This document shows, one piece after another, positions 52,806 through 53,084 of a stretch of 53,084 bases of DNA. The notes under the pieces are model-generated. The model saw only the letters and a list, made by a program, of their open reading frames with translations. It did not search any database and was not told the origin of the DNA. Origin of the DNA: Methylotenera sp. (GTDB lineage Bacteria > Pseudomonadota > Gammaproteobacteria > Burkholderiales > Methylophilaceae); assembly GCA_025359405.1 (NCBI GenBank), contig JANYGD010000117.1, positions 1-53,084 of the forward strand, written 5' to 3'. Position numbers and translations under genes: made by a program. Every line of letters begins with the position of its first letter. Within the stretch, counting starts at the first letter, position 1.

Positions 52806-53084
52806 ATGAAGGTAGATAACCCAGTATTGTCAGGCTTGAAAGATCCCGTCTGCGGAATGACGGCAACAGATCAATCTCCAAACGTATTTAATTACAAAGG
52901 TAAGCCAGTTTACTTCTGTAGTGTGGGCTGCAAAACTAAGTTTGCAGCTGATCCAGCGAAGTATTTGGCTGACGAAAGCTCAGACTTCACTGCATCAGAA
53001 ACAAAACCTAGTCCTTCAGAAGTCATTCCCACTGGCACTATTTACACCTGCCCCATGCATCCAGAGGTTCGGCAAGACCACGCT
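52806..53084 (+). CDS. Heavy-metal P1B-type ATPase, N-terminal part (YHS plus metal-binding motif; runs off the window end)
   Basis: Not in the ORF track. Manual translation: MKVDNPVLSGLKDPVCGM...YFCSVGCKTKFAADPAKYL...IYTCPMHPEVRQDHA. GGGAG RBS. The ATPase call is inferred from this architecture and context. Confidence 0.8.
   Translation, partial: MKVDNPVLSGLKDPVCGMTATDQSPNVFNYKGKPVYFCSVGCKTKFAADPAKYLADESSDFTASETKPSPSEVIPTGTIYTCPMHPEVRQDHA

Noticed and set aside
52678-52881. Minus-strand 67-aa ORF
   Set aside because: Antisense to copZ and to the ATPase start, both of which carry clear motifs.

Overview
Chromosomal window from a betaproteobacterium, most likely Methylophilaceae/Methylotenera-like (inferred from protein character and gene order, not from a search). 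The backbone is housekeeping: aat, ygiQ, an RsuA-family pseudouridine synthase, aqpZ, a TrmH-family methylase, gluQ, amt, ispDF, an ABC exporter, smr, trxB, dps, ftsK-lolA-rarA-serS, mltF, rpiA, mfd, dedA, an AddAB-like helicase/nuclease pair and greB. Three accessory zones interrupt it. (i) ~3.96-6.2 kb holds a cluster of different palindromic/structured repeats and small genes. (ii) ~15.9-23.1 kb holds a TetR divergon with a clear double operator, a Cache-HAMP-GGDEF-EAL / beta-barrel / cupredoxin triad and an orphan gene. (iii) 45.9 kb to the end is a copper/silver resistance island (Cys-rich leader, CusC, metal-binding lipoprotein, CusB, CusA, a damaged copZ, and the start of a P1B-ATPase). 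The most striking pattern is that two unrelated cargo blocks each sit between a complete gene and a stranded, diverged second copy of that gene's 3' end (rsuA-like at 5093-5187; DUF1348 at 22417-22443). This suggests gene acquisition by 3'-end replacement with no integrase nearby. Other leads: a ~200-nt structured element with a possible pseudoknot, bracketed by G-quadruplex-capable direct repeats; a candidate RPP ribosome-arrest leader upstream of cusCBA; an expanded ~49-codon loop in SerRS; and a deletion scar that removed the start of copZ. I found no tRNA, rRNA, CRISPR array, transposase or integrase.
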